Shown here piece by piece: positions 24,934 through 37,500 of a stretch of 64,000 nucleotides of DNA (the first letter of the stretch is position 1; each line of letters starts with the position of its first letter). Made by a program: the position numbers and the translations under genes. The stretch comes from Moniliella sp. 'wahieum'. Taxonomy: Eukaryota. The stretch covers positions 992,001 through 1,056,000 of the forward strand of contig RSEE01000005.1 in assembly GCA_003971905.1 (NCBI GenBank), read 5' to 3'. The notes beneath the pieces were generated by a model, which was not told the origin of the DNA, did not search any database, and worked only from the letters and a program-made list of their open reading frames with translations.

Positions 24934-26265
24934 CATCTCGCACAAGGAATGTCCAAACGCAGCTCTGGCCCTGGCCCCTCGGAGCCTGCACCATCGTACA
25001 CGCCCATCGCAAGTCCCGCCGAGGTGGCGGCAGCACATAATGCTTCGCTCGCCGCTACAGTCCCTGTCACTCCTGCGCATGCTGGCGCGTCTTACTCTCC
25101 ATACAGGTCCAGCAGCTTTTCCCCATTCCTTTTCATCACCCTGCTCCTATGCATCGTACGTTTTTTCTTTCTCTTTCTCGGTATACCATATTACCCCCAG
25201 TATGGTACTTACATCGACACCCACTTTGTGAAGACATCTCCTTTCGTGGGGGGCCCGGGGAGAATACCTATACCCCACTCCCCTTCCTGGCAGGCGAGCG
25301 AGAACGGAAACGCCATTGCTGATCGACTTTGAGGCATCGCGACGGGCGCAGCGGATTCTTTTCAAAGCGTACCTATGGGCTCTATTGATCTGGTTTTTGC
25401 TCGGCATGGTGACGACGGAGATCACGTTTGGCGCACATGGGCGGTCCTGGTTGCGTTAGGCATACACGGCACCCCAAACCAAAGACGCTCTCTGAGTTCG
25501 AGTACTGATGCCAGTCATTTTCTTGGCATAACGCGCCATGCGTATCTGCCCTTTCTTCCGTCCAGTGCGGAATGATGCTTCACTTTTGGCCCGGCTATCC
25601 AAGGAGGTCGCAATGACATTATTCGCCTCCTTCACCGTGACTTGCGCCATGTAGAGGGTGGGGTCGCAGGTGGTCCGGAGTGTGCTTGAATATGACTAAA
25701 CATTGCAAGAACAAATAGATATGATGAGCCTGCCTGTTCATGGAAGGCCTGTATGGCTATAGTAGCTGGATTATCGATCTAATGGGCGTTCCCCAGACGA
25801 ACAAGAGCACAAGTTGCCAGGAGGGTGCAAAGGCACGCGACGGATATACACAACGAAGCTAGACCAGAGATAACCCTCCGTTCTCAGCTAAACAAGGCGC
25901 CAGCAGATTTGACCAACTTCAAGATATCCCAGCAACTGTGACCAGCACGGCCTGGAAGTAAAGAAGGGAAGACACTATGCGTCCAACAGCCCTAGGCCGA
26001 AGATAGGGTAACAGATAAAAAATGGCAGTCGAAACAACGAAGAAGGACGAGGATACAGCATAAAAAAGTGCACAAAGAAAGACCACAAGAGAACGGCGAA
26101 AGGGGAATCAAGACGTAATGGTCAGAGTCGACAAGAAAGAAGGATAAAGGGATGAGTCCACAGCCATGGCGCCTAGCGAGGCAGGCGGCTGGAGGAGGGG
26201 ACGTAACAGTGACGAGAGGTATAGGCGGGGGGAGGGGAGAGGAAGAGGGTGCGAAAAGTAGGAAA

Positions 26266-28400
26266 TCAACCTTCCCGCGGAACGTCTACGCGCCCGCGTT
26301 CCACTTCACGTACATCTCGACCTTCGGAAGCAAGCTCACTCGCAAGCAAGGCTTGGGCGGTGATGTCGGTCGAATGGATGGCAGAGGGAACGCTACGCGG
26401 CGTACCCGCTAAGGGACTGCTCATGGATCCGGACCATTGTGGTCGGTGCCCAACAGAGGTAAGGATGGGGGTAGGTCTCTGCGGCAACTTTCCTGATCCA
26501 GGCTGAGGGTTTGTTGTAGTCGCAGGTGAGTCCTTGGGGTCTACAGGGGATGCAATGGAAGAGCCTGGTCCGCCAGATCCACTCACCCCTCCGGCTGCCC
26601 CGGCTGCCCCGGCTGCCCCGACCGTAGCCCCGACCGCGGTCGCTGAGCTCAAGGCAGGAAAGTCAGGTTGCCTCAATGCTGCGCGGAACGCGTCAGCCAT
26701 ACGTGTCGCCTCATCTGAAGTAATGCCTGCGTCCGGCGAGAAAAGAGAGGCAGATCGATCGGGATCGATGGCGGAGGGTTTGGGTTCTCGATGTGATCCT
26801 ACTGCAGCTGCAGTTGCCGCAGTTGCCGCTCCCGCCACAACTCCAGCGCCTGTGCCGGCCTCAGTTATTGAACCAGGGTTGCCAGTTGGTGTGGATAGTG
26901 AGGAGCTAGGATGATTTTCCGCGTCTCGCATCATGGGTGTGTTCGAATCGGAGGAATCCATGGCGGTAGAAGGGGCCAGTAAGCCTATCTGTCTCCGGCG
27001 CCACCAACGCAGAATAAGGTAGGCCATACCCAGGGCAAGCAGCAGGGCCAGGGCACCAAAAACAGAGATGAGAACAATTGCGTACACTGGCAAAGCGAGA
27101 TGCCTCGACTGGGACCCATTGAGTGATCCACCATTTGCCTCGGCTGTTGCAGTCAGTGTGATAACCGAACCACCAGGCGCCACGGTGGTTAACGTCGCAG
27201 CTGAGGTTTGCGTCCCACTCTGGCCTTGGCTCCTGAGCGAGGAAACGATTCCCGTTGAGATGGAGCTGATCACAGAAGATTCCCATGAAGTGAGTGAGGC
27301 TCCAGACAACCCGCTTGTCCCCCCAGGTGGTAAGACGGAGGTGCCAGACACAGGTACGACCGTAGTAAATGTCGAAAGTGAACCCGAGACGGTCGTGAGG
27401 CCGGTAGTGGTGGAAAGACTGATCCCTGTGCCAGAGGAGACACTCACACTTAGGGATGACAGAGAAGCAAGAGATGCCGAGCTTGCGGAAGCTGCACTGG
27501 CGGAGGAAGCACTGGCAGAGGCTACGCTGGCGGAACTGAGGCTCGCGGCCGAGGCAGAAGAACGGGATGATACAAACGACGAGGGAAGCGCAGTTTGGAT
27601 GGCGGACCAGGTGGAGAGGCGGCTATAGCTTGAACTCAACCCCTGGCCCGCCTGGGTGATCACAAAGTAAAAGGCCCACGTCTGGTTAGCTCCCGGGGCG
27701 AGCGAATCAGCATCCGGCATGTCCTGCCACCAACCATCATTGGGGGAAAAGGGAAGCCGGCCGAGATTATTGTTCTCACTAAGCCAGGAGGCCTGGACGG
27801 TATCGTGTCCTGGCGGAAAAGGTAGACGTCGACAGCTCCCCGCTGACGAAAGAGGGGATAATTTGATTCCAGATGAACTCGCTCCAAGTGCCCTGGACTA
27901 CTTCAGTGTCGGCAGTTGGGTAGCATGACAGGATCTGGTTGCCCACAAACATGTGTTGCTGTGCTGGTGTTTGTCGGCGAGGAAGCGTGGCAGTCGCATT
28001 AGGAACCAGTACAGAGAAGGTGGCTCCACAGGCTCCTTGAGCTCCAAAGGAAGGTCTGGTCGGATAGGAGCCAGGGGCAACAACGGCTCGTACCCACAGT
28101 TTTGGCGGTGCTGAGGACATCTGCTGGCGAAGAGGCAAGGAAAGGCCCAACGATGCGTGTCCCTGACTGGCTGCTGGAAATGGCCTCCGCGCGGGACGGA
28201 AGACGTCGTCGGGACGCGCACGTGATGGAGGAGAATATCTGCTGTTGCGTCGTGCACTACACGCGGGGCCGGAGTCGCCTTGGGCCGGGGGACAGGGTGG
28301 GGGGTGGGGCGGTGGCGGTGGCTGGGGCCGGGGCATGAGTGGCACTTGACATGGAGGGCGCCTGGACGGAGCTGGAGCACACGTGGGCGTGGCAGCAGCG
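26266..28400 (-). CDS. Single-pass type I membrane protein with S/T-rich stalk (Mid2/mucin-like architecture)
   Basis: 484-aa ORF with an S/T-rich region, TM 'YAIVLISVFGALALLLALGMAYLIL' and RWWRRR stop-transfer. An upstream Cys-containing ectodomain lies in adjacent frames. The 5' end is uncertain. Confidence 0.7.
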
Positions 28401-30441
28401 GCAGGGGAGAGGGACCAGCGCCAACTCGGCTGCTCTGCACACCTGATCTGAGAGCCGTCGCGGCGGCACGAGGAGGGGAGACGTCGGGGGAGAAGGTGGT
28501 AGGAAGGGCCGAGACGGACGCACAGACGCCGAGTGGGGTGCGCTGGTGCGCTGCGGGAAAACATCCCGTTCGTGTCGTCGATTTTGCCCATCTCCCCTGA
28601 CCGCCCGCGCATGGAGGCAGCACTAGGCCACATCAGGCCGCATCAGGCAGCGCCTCGGGCTGCTCAGTACGTCGGCGCCGGTGGGCCGCTGGGGCGGCCA
28701 AACTGCTCTCGTGCCATCCGCAACCTGCCAGGGTGCGAACGGGTCACCCTCCGCACTGCGCCAGCGTGCTGCCCGCCCAGCTCAGCTTCGCTGGCGCAGT
28801 GCCTGCCTATCTCTGCACATCATTGCAGCCCAGCGCCAGTGTGCCTTTATGCCGCTCTCCCTCTCTCCATCGCCCTCTCGCAAAGCCACCCTGAGGAGCA
28901 CAGCTTCCATGGTCCGTGTTACAGTCCGAATTGGTTTGGATCGCCACGCCTTGCCCTACTACATCCACGCTTCGTCCGGCCTCAGCGCCTCAGGCGGGGT
29001 CCTCTCTTCTGCCCCGTCACTGGTGTGACAATCCCACCCCCCCATATCAGTTTTGAGCCTAGTACTGAGAGTACTGAGTGGGGCACTCATGTACTCAGGC
29101 CTCCTCTCCTCAAGCCATTCTTGCCACGCCAAAACCCAACCGCGCAACCACATCAGAACTAGGTTTTAGTCATTAATGCCGCTGTTGTCCACACATTTGC
29201 GCCCCACACACGTCATATTCACTGCCTCATACTAGCGTTTTGATTTGTTCAGTCTGAGCGGCCAGCAGGGGCTCGATTGAAGCTCTGAAGGAACATTGAA
29301 GGCAAGTGCAGACAAAGCGTGGCTGAGCCGGTCAGGCTTACGGCGCTGAGCGCTGACTGACCGCTGACCAGTTCGATCTCTAGCGCCCCGCTAGCACGCG
29401 AAAGACTACTGGGAATAGCAGCAGAGAACCTGAGTACGAAACTGATGTGCCTATGGCAGATGATTCATATGTAGGCCTTCCACATTGGCAAGAACCCCCC
29501 TCCCCAAATCAAAACAAACTGTACATATAGCAGGTCCACTCGCGCAGAGACGCTGATGTCCTCTATTAGAGGTGATGGCGAGGTCCTTTGCAGTGTATAT
29601 GGGCAATGCGAAGCAGGGTGGATGTCCCAGCACCGAGAATGTGGGAGGTCTACACTTTTTATTTTTGACACGCGTCTATTTCAGCGAGCATCTCATTGCA
29701 TCTGCCGTCGGCGCACTCAGCCCGTCCCACTGCTCTCGGTCGAAGGAGAGCAAATCACAAGTGTGGTCGGCTTTTTCGCGACCGTGCCTTCATCTTTTCT
29801 ATTATTAGGACCAAAGGCCAAGCGCTCCATCCATTCATCCCGCTCTTCTCCCGCAATAACCGCCCACACTATAGTAACGCACTGATCACTGAGCTTCAGC
29901 AAGACTGTATAGGAGCAATAACATGCATGGCGAAATCCATTGTGAAGATGAAGGAAATGCATCTGGGTGTGAAAACTCCATCAGAGAGATATGGCGATAG
30001 AAGAATGGAAAGAGCGACTACCAGGAAAGAGGAACGACTGCCTAGAAGCACACTGAGCATCTACATCATGCGCCAGCAGGTGTGCCGAGGAACTAACCCA
30101 AGTTCGATGGGAGTACGCAAATGACAGCCCCACCGGGTCCTGGCCATCATATCCCTCGGCAGTTAACATCGCCGACCAAAACAAATTATGCTAAGATCTC
30201 TCCTCGTTCGAAGTTTTTGGAACCGGATACCCAGTTCAGCCAAGTCAGGGGGGGAGGGATGGAATTGGTTGGACGAGGACAGCAACCACACATGGCCTCT
30301 CAGGCGGAGTGCAGGAGGAAGAAAAGGAACGAGCCAGACATGCGAGGCTGTATGGTAGACAGTGCTACGAAACAGTATGGCGGCATCGTTGTCCAATCGC
30401 AACTCTGAGGTCATCAATCCTCTGTACCGCGGGTCATTCGA

Positions 30442-31038
30442 TTAGCAGAAGTTGTGCTTAAAGGTGTAATGCGGTACGTTCTTCGACACGGCACCCACAG
30501 GGTTGTCGAGGGGGCTCATAGAATCAAACACATGAGCCAAGGTTAGCAAAAAAACATATTTCTCAACAAAGAGGAAACAGGGAGAAAGTAACATACTAAG
30601 GCTGGTGGAACCTATGCTTGGTGGGGTTCTCCATGGATTGGAAGAAGAGCATGAGCTCCGCGCGTTCCCGTTCGGCGGAGTAGGTTTCCACACTCGACGC
30701 CAGCGACTCTTCGCGCGTCTCGCTCATGGTGCTTACTGCGTTCTGGAACGATTTGATCAAGTTGTTGACTTTGTACCACTTGTCCTCCTCAATCTTGGAG
30801 TCAATCAAGTGGACATACAGCACAGAGCCCACCACGGGACCAGCCCACTTCCAAAACCACATTGGTTCAACGAAACCGGCACGGCGGCCCGATCTTGAGG
30901 GGTAGTTTTGACATGGTCGCCAGCGGCATGGCTGTGGGAGTCGGCTGACTGGACCCGTGCGCTGGTTGAGAGCAGCCGGGGCCCAAGTGCGGCGGGGCGG
31001 AGCGCTGGTCGCAGCGAAAGCAGTGCGCGCGAGGCCAT
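30442..31038 (-). CDS. Small mitochondrially targeted single-TM protein, possibly a complex I accessory subunit
   Basis: Presequence 'MASRALLSLRPALRPAALGPRLLSTSARVQS', TM 'WFWKWAGPVVGSVLYVHL', GT-AG intron at about 30520-30597 with GCTAAC branch. The specific identity is only inferred. Confidence 0.55.
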
Positions 31039-34000
31039 CGTATCGCCAATGGTGGTCGAACTCGGCGACGCTAACGGCCTTGGACCTGGGCGAGGACCAG
31101 GTGTAGCTTAGTAATGAGTGACATTTCATTCTTTCACCTTCTCTTCTCGGTCACGTTACGTCAGCAAGAAATCACCAGATTGCAGGTTTTTAAATGTTCT
31201 GAACTTAACCTGTTGAACATTCAGTGTTCAGTTGAACATTGAAGTTAATGTCGTGACGCGTGACGCGTAACGCGTGCGCGTGACACGCGATAAGTGATAG
31301 GATAGCAGGCCAAGCCAGCCAAGCCACTTTTGCGGGCTGTCCCGCCGCCCCTCGTCCCTCTCTCGCATATGCATGTCCTCTCCCTTTTACCGCCATCCCC
31401 CTTTCCTGCTCTCCATTTAGTACTTGAATCAATACTTGCTGGATCGTGTGTTTGCAGGTCGTGACTCTCTGTGTCTTTTCGCTCTTCTACAGATCGACCG
31501 TTTTCTCGTGTTCATTCAGTAGCATGTTGAACAACAACCGAATGATATTAAGTCTCCGTCGTACAGACTACACATCCACATTCACAACGAGCCGACTGTA
31601 GCGGACGACGATGGGACGAGACATGGGAGGAAGGTGATGAGTACTGACTATATCGAGTGATGGGACCTGGAGCAATCGGAGGATCAGGAATGAAGGTGGA
31701 CTGTTGGGACCCGTGGTCCCGTACTTAGGCCAAGGCGCCTCATCACCCTTCACCCCTGATTTGTCCTCCGAAGCCTCCACGTGTATACTCAGGCTTGTCT
31801 GAACCCCTGTCTCTAGGTGTGGCACAAGGCTTAGACCTCAACCACCACCATCGCGATTGCATTGCTCTACATTTCCAGAGGTTCTTCACCCAATCCCTTG
31901 GGTTCCTCCGGTCTTACATGGACTGCACGTTACACGGGACTCGTGAACACAGGAGAGGCGATAGCTGCGTACCGGGGAGGGTGGTGCACGAGAGGACTGC
32001 GACGCCTTTGGAACGCCGGGAGAAGGAGCTGCTTCAGTTGCTGTACCAATTAAAGCAGAATGCGACAAGAACGCCAAGTGCCAGTGATGCACCCAAGAAC
32101 CCTTCTTCCCTTTGGTTCTGACGACGCGAGGGTACTATGCCACCAAGACGGCGAGAGCAAGGTGCTTGGGAACTGGAAGGAAGTGACTAGGATTGAGATT
32201 GTTCATCAGTCACCGTTCGGATGTTTACCACGTTCATCCGTATCCACACGCGCTACGGCGGGCATGGAACGGATGGCGGGCATCACTGAAGGTCCTGATC
32301 TGTGGTGGCGATTCTCCTGATTCCCTAAATGGGTTTTTGGCGCCCATCAACATGCTGCTATTGACTTTTTTGTGAGAGGCGAAACGTTTTGGAGAGAGCG
32401 ATTTCTGTTCTTTGTTGGTACGTACCAAAAATGCGATTTTATTGCAGCCCATATGGATGCACAGCTGCAACCTATTGCAACACCTTCAACACACACCTTC
32501 GCGCGGTATATACGCGCCTCCATCTGAATAAAAAAGCCATGGCGTCCGCCATGACGTGCCACGGCCCAAAACGTGTCCAACACTGTGCGGGCACGCGTTG
32601 AGAAGCACAAGCAGGGGCGTACTGGACTACCGAGAGCGGTGTGGCCACCATGTGGTTGCAATCAGAACATGTGGAGAGGGCGCGATGGAGATGCGACGCC
32701 AGGGACACTTTAAGACACACCTCGTTGGCATATGAGAAGTACGTATAAGTTTCCGGCGGGAGCTCCAACAGTCCTGTCTGACAATGTCTCGGATAGTCGA
32801 TGCAGAAGTACCAGGTAGTACAGGGTGGTACTGGGGTAGTACCCTGGGGGCGATCATCGATCGGTCAGCTTCCGCATTGGATTAAGGATTTGTCACCGGT
32901 AGCCGACGTTAAACGTTTTTAACGGAAAAGCCCGACAATCGATACAGTTTGATAAGACCCAAAAGACAAGGAGCATTTATATACTTGGTCGGGCACGAAG
33001 AGTATACACGTAGCGACGAACCATTCTCCCATTTACCAGATTGCAAGGTCCCCGATGGTCGAACGGGCGCCTTCCCCGGAACAACAATGGCTAGAAACTC
33101 GGAGGTCCGAGTCCTGAAGAGTTCTGTGGGAGATCCGAAGGCCTGAGGCTTAAAGCTTAAAGCTTCAAGTTTTAAAGCTTGCTCCTGCGCTTAAAGCTTA
33201 CATTGGCTTAACTGAGTTCCAGTTTTTACTACTTCAGAGCGTTAATACGTTGAACTTACGTTGAACTGATTCAAACCCCTTTCCCACGCAGGCCGGAGGA
33301 CTGCCCCTGGCTGCTCATGATTTGGCTGTCTTGGCCTTTGGCACGGGGGCCCAGCGGACACAGCTATCTCCGTGGTGTGGAGGGAGAGTGGCAAGTCTGC
33401 GTCGTGTCAGGGTCGTGTCTGGGAGATGTAAGCGCTAAGCGTAAGCAGCTAAGCGCTAAGAGAAGTCACCGGTCACCGGTCACCGGTCAGGGCATAGCAC
33501 ACTGCTGGGGGGCTACTAGCTCTACTACTAATGCCCACACTGCGATCGAGACAGATGCTCGCTAGCGCGTTCACATGCAATCGATGCAGCAACTGGCAGC
33601 ACAGCAGGGGCACACATGCATTGTGCCCCCCTAGCCACATGAGCACATGATGCAGCGCGAACACCTGTGGAGAACGTCAATACTGGCAAACCATGCTCAT
33701 CCTACTCGCATCTCTCAGCATCCCGAGCATGTGCCACCTCTGTTCGCGTCCCCGGCACGAGGGGAGCACCTGTGAGCGCTCTGAGATCTGACGCCCCCGG
33801 GCCCAGCTCAGCGTGTTGAAGCTAGCGCATTGAAGCAAGTTCAACTAAACGTTCAGCCTGACTGGCCAATGGGTCTGAGAGGGCGAGGAGAGAATGTAGT
33901 CATTTTGGCAGAGGCACGAGCGTGAGAGGCTCGCTGACTTGCTGTGCTACTCTCGACAATCGACAAAAAATCGATCACATGACATGACGAGCGGCTAGCG

Positions 34001-34537
34001 GTTAGCGATTAGATCACCGCGGTTCTACTAATGGCTGCCGGTTATCGAGGTTATCGATTATCGATTCGGGCAGACTGGGGGTGTATGGTCGCAGTCGGGG
34101 GAGATGAAGGGTGAGCTACGTATGGGGTCTCTGTGGAGGAGGGTGCCATATGTACATACACTGGGCGCCACGCGTCCAACACCTATGTCCAAAACGTCTA
34201 ATTTACTCAACGCCGTCGTCCATTCAGCGCTCAGCTTCGCCAACGAGGGCCTAAGCTCTAAGGCTGCGCCTCTCGGGTGCAGAGCGTGCTGAAACGGGTG
34301 GCGGATGACTGCTATCAAGAGCGGGTCCACCTCCTTTAGTCTGTGCCCCACTGCCAGTCCCATGTCCAATCGCATTCAGTCAGCGTACTCGGCTGCTGTT
34401 GTGTGGAAACTGCATAGTGGTGGCGATCATAGTCGACCAAGGCGCCGCCCACTATTGCTCGCGCTTCTTGTCCTCTCCCTCACCACGCCTCCCCCCCCCC
34501 CCCCCCCCCTGCTGCTGCTGTCAATCCGTCCTCTGAT

Positions 34538-37500
34538 ATGCTGCTCCCAACATCGCCAGCAGCGGCGGCCTCGAGGACGACGACAATACCTCCTCCTCCG
34601 ACACCACCTCCCTCGCAGGTCGCCGCCGCGGGGGTGAGCTCCATCGCTCTAGCCTCCCCATCGCCCTCCCTGACCAACCATTGTCAGCTTCCCAAGTATC
34701 CACCCACCCTACTCCGGTCAGCATGGTCCCGCGCCGCTCCTTTTCTCTCTGGCGACGTGACGAGGCCGCTTCCGCTTGCTCGGGTAATAATCCAGCTACC
34801 TCTGCCCGCAAGAAACTATTTGGCTTCGCCCGTCCCGAATTCCGTCCCTCGCTCTCGCCCCCCGACGTAGGCGCATCTGCTAATTCGCGCCGTGCGAGCC
34901 TCGGTCGCCTGGGCCGTCGTTCTACGTGGGGCTCCGACGCCAAAGCGCAAGCGTCCGTCAAAACTCCGACCATTTCCGAGCCTCGTACCCTCTCGGTTGC
35001 TGCCCCAACTGCTCTTCCCATCCTGCCCACATGTTCTCAACCGGAAGCGGCGGCCATGACGGACCGCACCCACTCGGAGCACAGGGTTGAATCAACTACT
35101 GCCACCACATCTTCCCTCCTCGGCTCGCCTATTGCGCCCACACTGACAGCACGGGCACCTCTATGTCTTCCGATCTCTCGCTGAGCCCAACCGATGGAAT
35201 CGCACAGACTCACCCGCGCATTTCCCCTGATTCTGAGCCTGACAATGGGACGCGGGGCGGCTCGCCCCTTCCCGTTAAGGAAACAGGAGAACGAAACAAT
35301 TCCCTGGAAGGTACTGTCGTACCCAGCCCAAAGGCCCCCAGTGGGTCGGAACAGCAACCCACTTTGGATTCGAGCACTAGCTCCCACAAGGAAGGATCGC
35401 GTGGCTTGACGCTGAACTCCCTTCCGCCTGTTCCACCTGTTTCCGTTACTCCGCTCTCGGTTGCACAACGCATTCACTTGTGCCACCGGCGCCCTCCCCG
35501 ACTGGCTCAGACTCGTCGCAGAGCTTCGCCTCCATCCGTCGGTCTTCTACGTCGCCAACGGAAACGGCATGTGCATCCCCCTCGCCCTACGCTTCCCCAG
35601 ATCGCATGTCTCCTGTGGCCGAAGGAACAACATCGGAAGTGCCTTCACCCGAAGCGAATGCTCCTGGAGTCGCTCCAGGGCCATCGAGTGAGTCGGGCCT
35701 TGCCCATAACCGTCCCGTTTCAATCTGCGTTTCGGAGACGGAGCATTCGATCGGCCCGAACCCGGTACCTTGGGCGCTCCTACACGAACAACTAGTCCTT
35801 TCAGACGCCCGATTCGCTCGCCGCTGCGTAGGAGCCAAACAGTGGGCAGCTACTCACCACTCACAGGTTCCTCCGCTAATCAGATGGTGAGGGCACAATC
35901 TCTTTCTCCGCCTGATGGAAGGAACATGTTCCAATCGTTCAGAGCGATTGGGAGGAAAAAGGATGGAAATTTTGCCGACCAGGACCGAGTCACCTCCATT
36001 CATGACATGGAAGCCTGACCGGCACCCACCATCCCATCCACTTCTTCCCCCTATCCCAACTCCTTGGTCGTTCAGTGAGGGGGAGTCAGCGGGCGATTCA
36101 ACTGGCGGAGCCAGCAATTCAGCCGCACATCATTCGAGCCAATCGGGAGCAGAGTCCCCAACCCAGCTGATCTTTTCCCTCTTCTCTCTCCGATCCCACC
36201 CCAATGACACCCGTCTCAGATCATTACGACGCATCTGGAATGTTCCCGGAGTCCGTTGCATTTCCTACTGATTGCCGGCCAAGACTCCTCGCAAGTCGCC
36301 GACACCTTTTTTCCCCGAACCATCTTATCCATACTCCCTCATACTTATCGACCAGCATGGGTTCAGAGGACTTGGGGCCTTGTACCGTCGCTGCTACCCC
36401 CGAGACCGTCGCAAGTATAGAAACTGGCGCGGTTTCAAATGGGCCACTGTTTCCCCGATCCCGATTGGTGCCCTGGTACACAAGGCCCCTTCCTCGTGGG
36501 AACAAAAAAGCCGACGGTTCACCCAACCGAGCAATCTCTTCTCCCTCAACTCTATTGTCAGCCGGGAAAACTCGATGCCGGCCATGGCGTGGGGACGATC
36601 AAATCTGCCCTGCCTATGTTCCGATCGTCCTCTCCGTACAGTAAGACAGGAACAACGTTTGAGCGCGGCAAGGTGCTGCGGATGGTGCTGAATCCATTTT
36701 TGAAGTTGGAGCAGACTCGACCGTTGGTTCGTCCTGACGATCCTGTGCCTTTCTCTACCCCTGCCAGCGGATCCAGAATCAACTCTTGTCCCCCTTCCCC
36801 GGGAGTCAGCAGCGCTGCCCTCAGCACGCTCAGCCGGCAGTCTCAAACCACCCTTTCCTCCACGTCCGTCGCCACATCCGTTTCTTCGACAGTTCAAACA
36901 CCACGTACGCGTATGTCAGAACACACATATGAGCACTTCAAGCTGCCGCAAAACCGCCGGGCACTTCTTTATGAGTGGATTGGTGAGCTACTGAGGGCGA
37001 TCAAGACCGCCTACAGCACCTCGGACCGGCGTTCCATCTTGGAAAGCATCGGGATGCTGCTCGAAGCGCGCAATTTGAGTGCAGCTGTGTTTAATGCCCC
37101 CGGCACCCCTGTGGAAGAGAATCAGAAGTACCACCGTACGCTGTACCAGTGCCTTGTCTATGCCTTGAATGAGCTGAACAAGAATGGAGCCTACCAGAAC
37201 AATCTCGTCTTTGCCGGGCGCATTTTGGCCCAGGCCTTGTTCCGTATCCCATCGGTAGGGGAGCAACTGCTGAGTGGGCTTCCGGTACACAAGGCTTCGC
37301 TTGAGCGGGTGGCCAACGAGGCAGGATGGAACGAGAAGAAGCCTGTGGGGGAGGCGTGGGAGTCGTATCTTGCTTGTTTTCCTGAGCATCTACGGGCGTT
37401 TTGTTTTCAAGACGCTCGCACCTACCTCGCGCAGGTAAGGCTCAGCCCGGGCCCAAGGTCCCTGATGAAGAAGGCAACAAGAGTCCGGCGCACGGTGCCC

